Origin: Torpedo marmorata
Lineage: Eukaryota
Assembly: GCA_977017645.1 (NCBI GenBank)
Contig: OZ360249.1
Span: forward strand, 35,340,001-35,404,000
Reading direction: 5' to 3'
DNA: 64,000 nucleotides
This document shows, piece after piece, positions 63,961 to 64,000 of this stretch; the first letter of the stretch is position 1, and the number at the start of each line of letters is the position of its first letter. The notes beneath the pieces were generated by a model that had not been told where the DNA came from, made no database searches, and saw only the letters and a program-made list of their open reading frames with translations. Made by a program: the position numbers and the translations under genes.

Positions 63961-64000
63961 CTCTAAATGGTGCTTTTTCTTGTTTCTCCATGTTTATGTT

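Larger units (their letters stand above)
59610..64000. repeat. Giant inverted repeat / fold-back palindrome (left arm ~59610-61723, right arm ~61730->64000), open at the window end
   Basis: The arms are reverse complements throughout once arm-specific insertions are removed: 60001-60424 vs 63061-63484, 60570-60950 vs 62668-63058, 61400-61553 vs 61738-61890, 59610-59690 vs 63535-63586 + 63969-64000. Confidence 0.97.

Noticed and set aside
59610-64000. Palindrome as a sequencing or assembly fold-back artefact
   Set aside because: The arms differ by many substitutions and by arm-specific TE insertions with their own TSDs, which an artefact would not produce.

Overview
Eukaryotic (vertebrate) non-coding DNA. 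No host protein-coding exon, rRNA, genuine tRNA gene or CRISPR array is recognisable. The repeat complement suggests a cartilaginous fish such as a ray or shark (inference): V-domain tRNA-SINEs of the HE1 type, CR1, Rex1/Babar, Penelope, L1/Tx1 and RTE LINEs, Gypsy elements, and hAT, piggyBac, Tigger and Tc1 MITEs. About 1-38 kb and 51-64 kb are TE-rich, with many nested insertions whose TSDs can be read. About 38-50.8 kb is almost TE-free and looks like a regulatory gene desert or large intron. The most unusual structure is a giant fold-back palindrome of apparently unique DNA from ~59610 to the window end (>=4.4 kb, continuing off-window), with an apex of only 0-6 nt at ~61726. Each arm has taken different TE insertions, so it is old, yet internal blocks remain almost identical. 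Other findings: a composite two-MITE hAT transposon carrying 112 bp of passenger DNA, a Gypsy provirus with a truncated 3' LTR and a 26-bp flanking duplication, a twin-primed (5'-inverted) L1, and a Gmr1-type (IN before RT) LTR element. Coordinates were read by eye; boundaries of old repeats are approximate.
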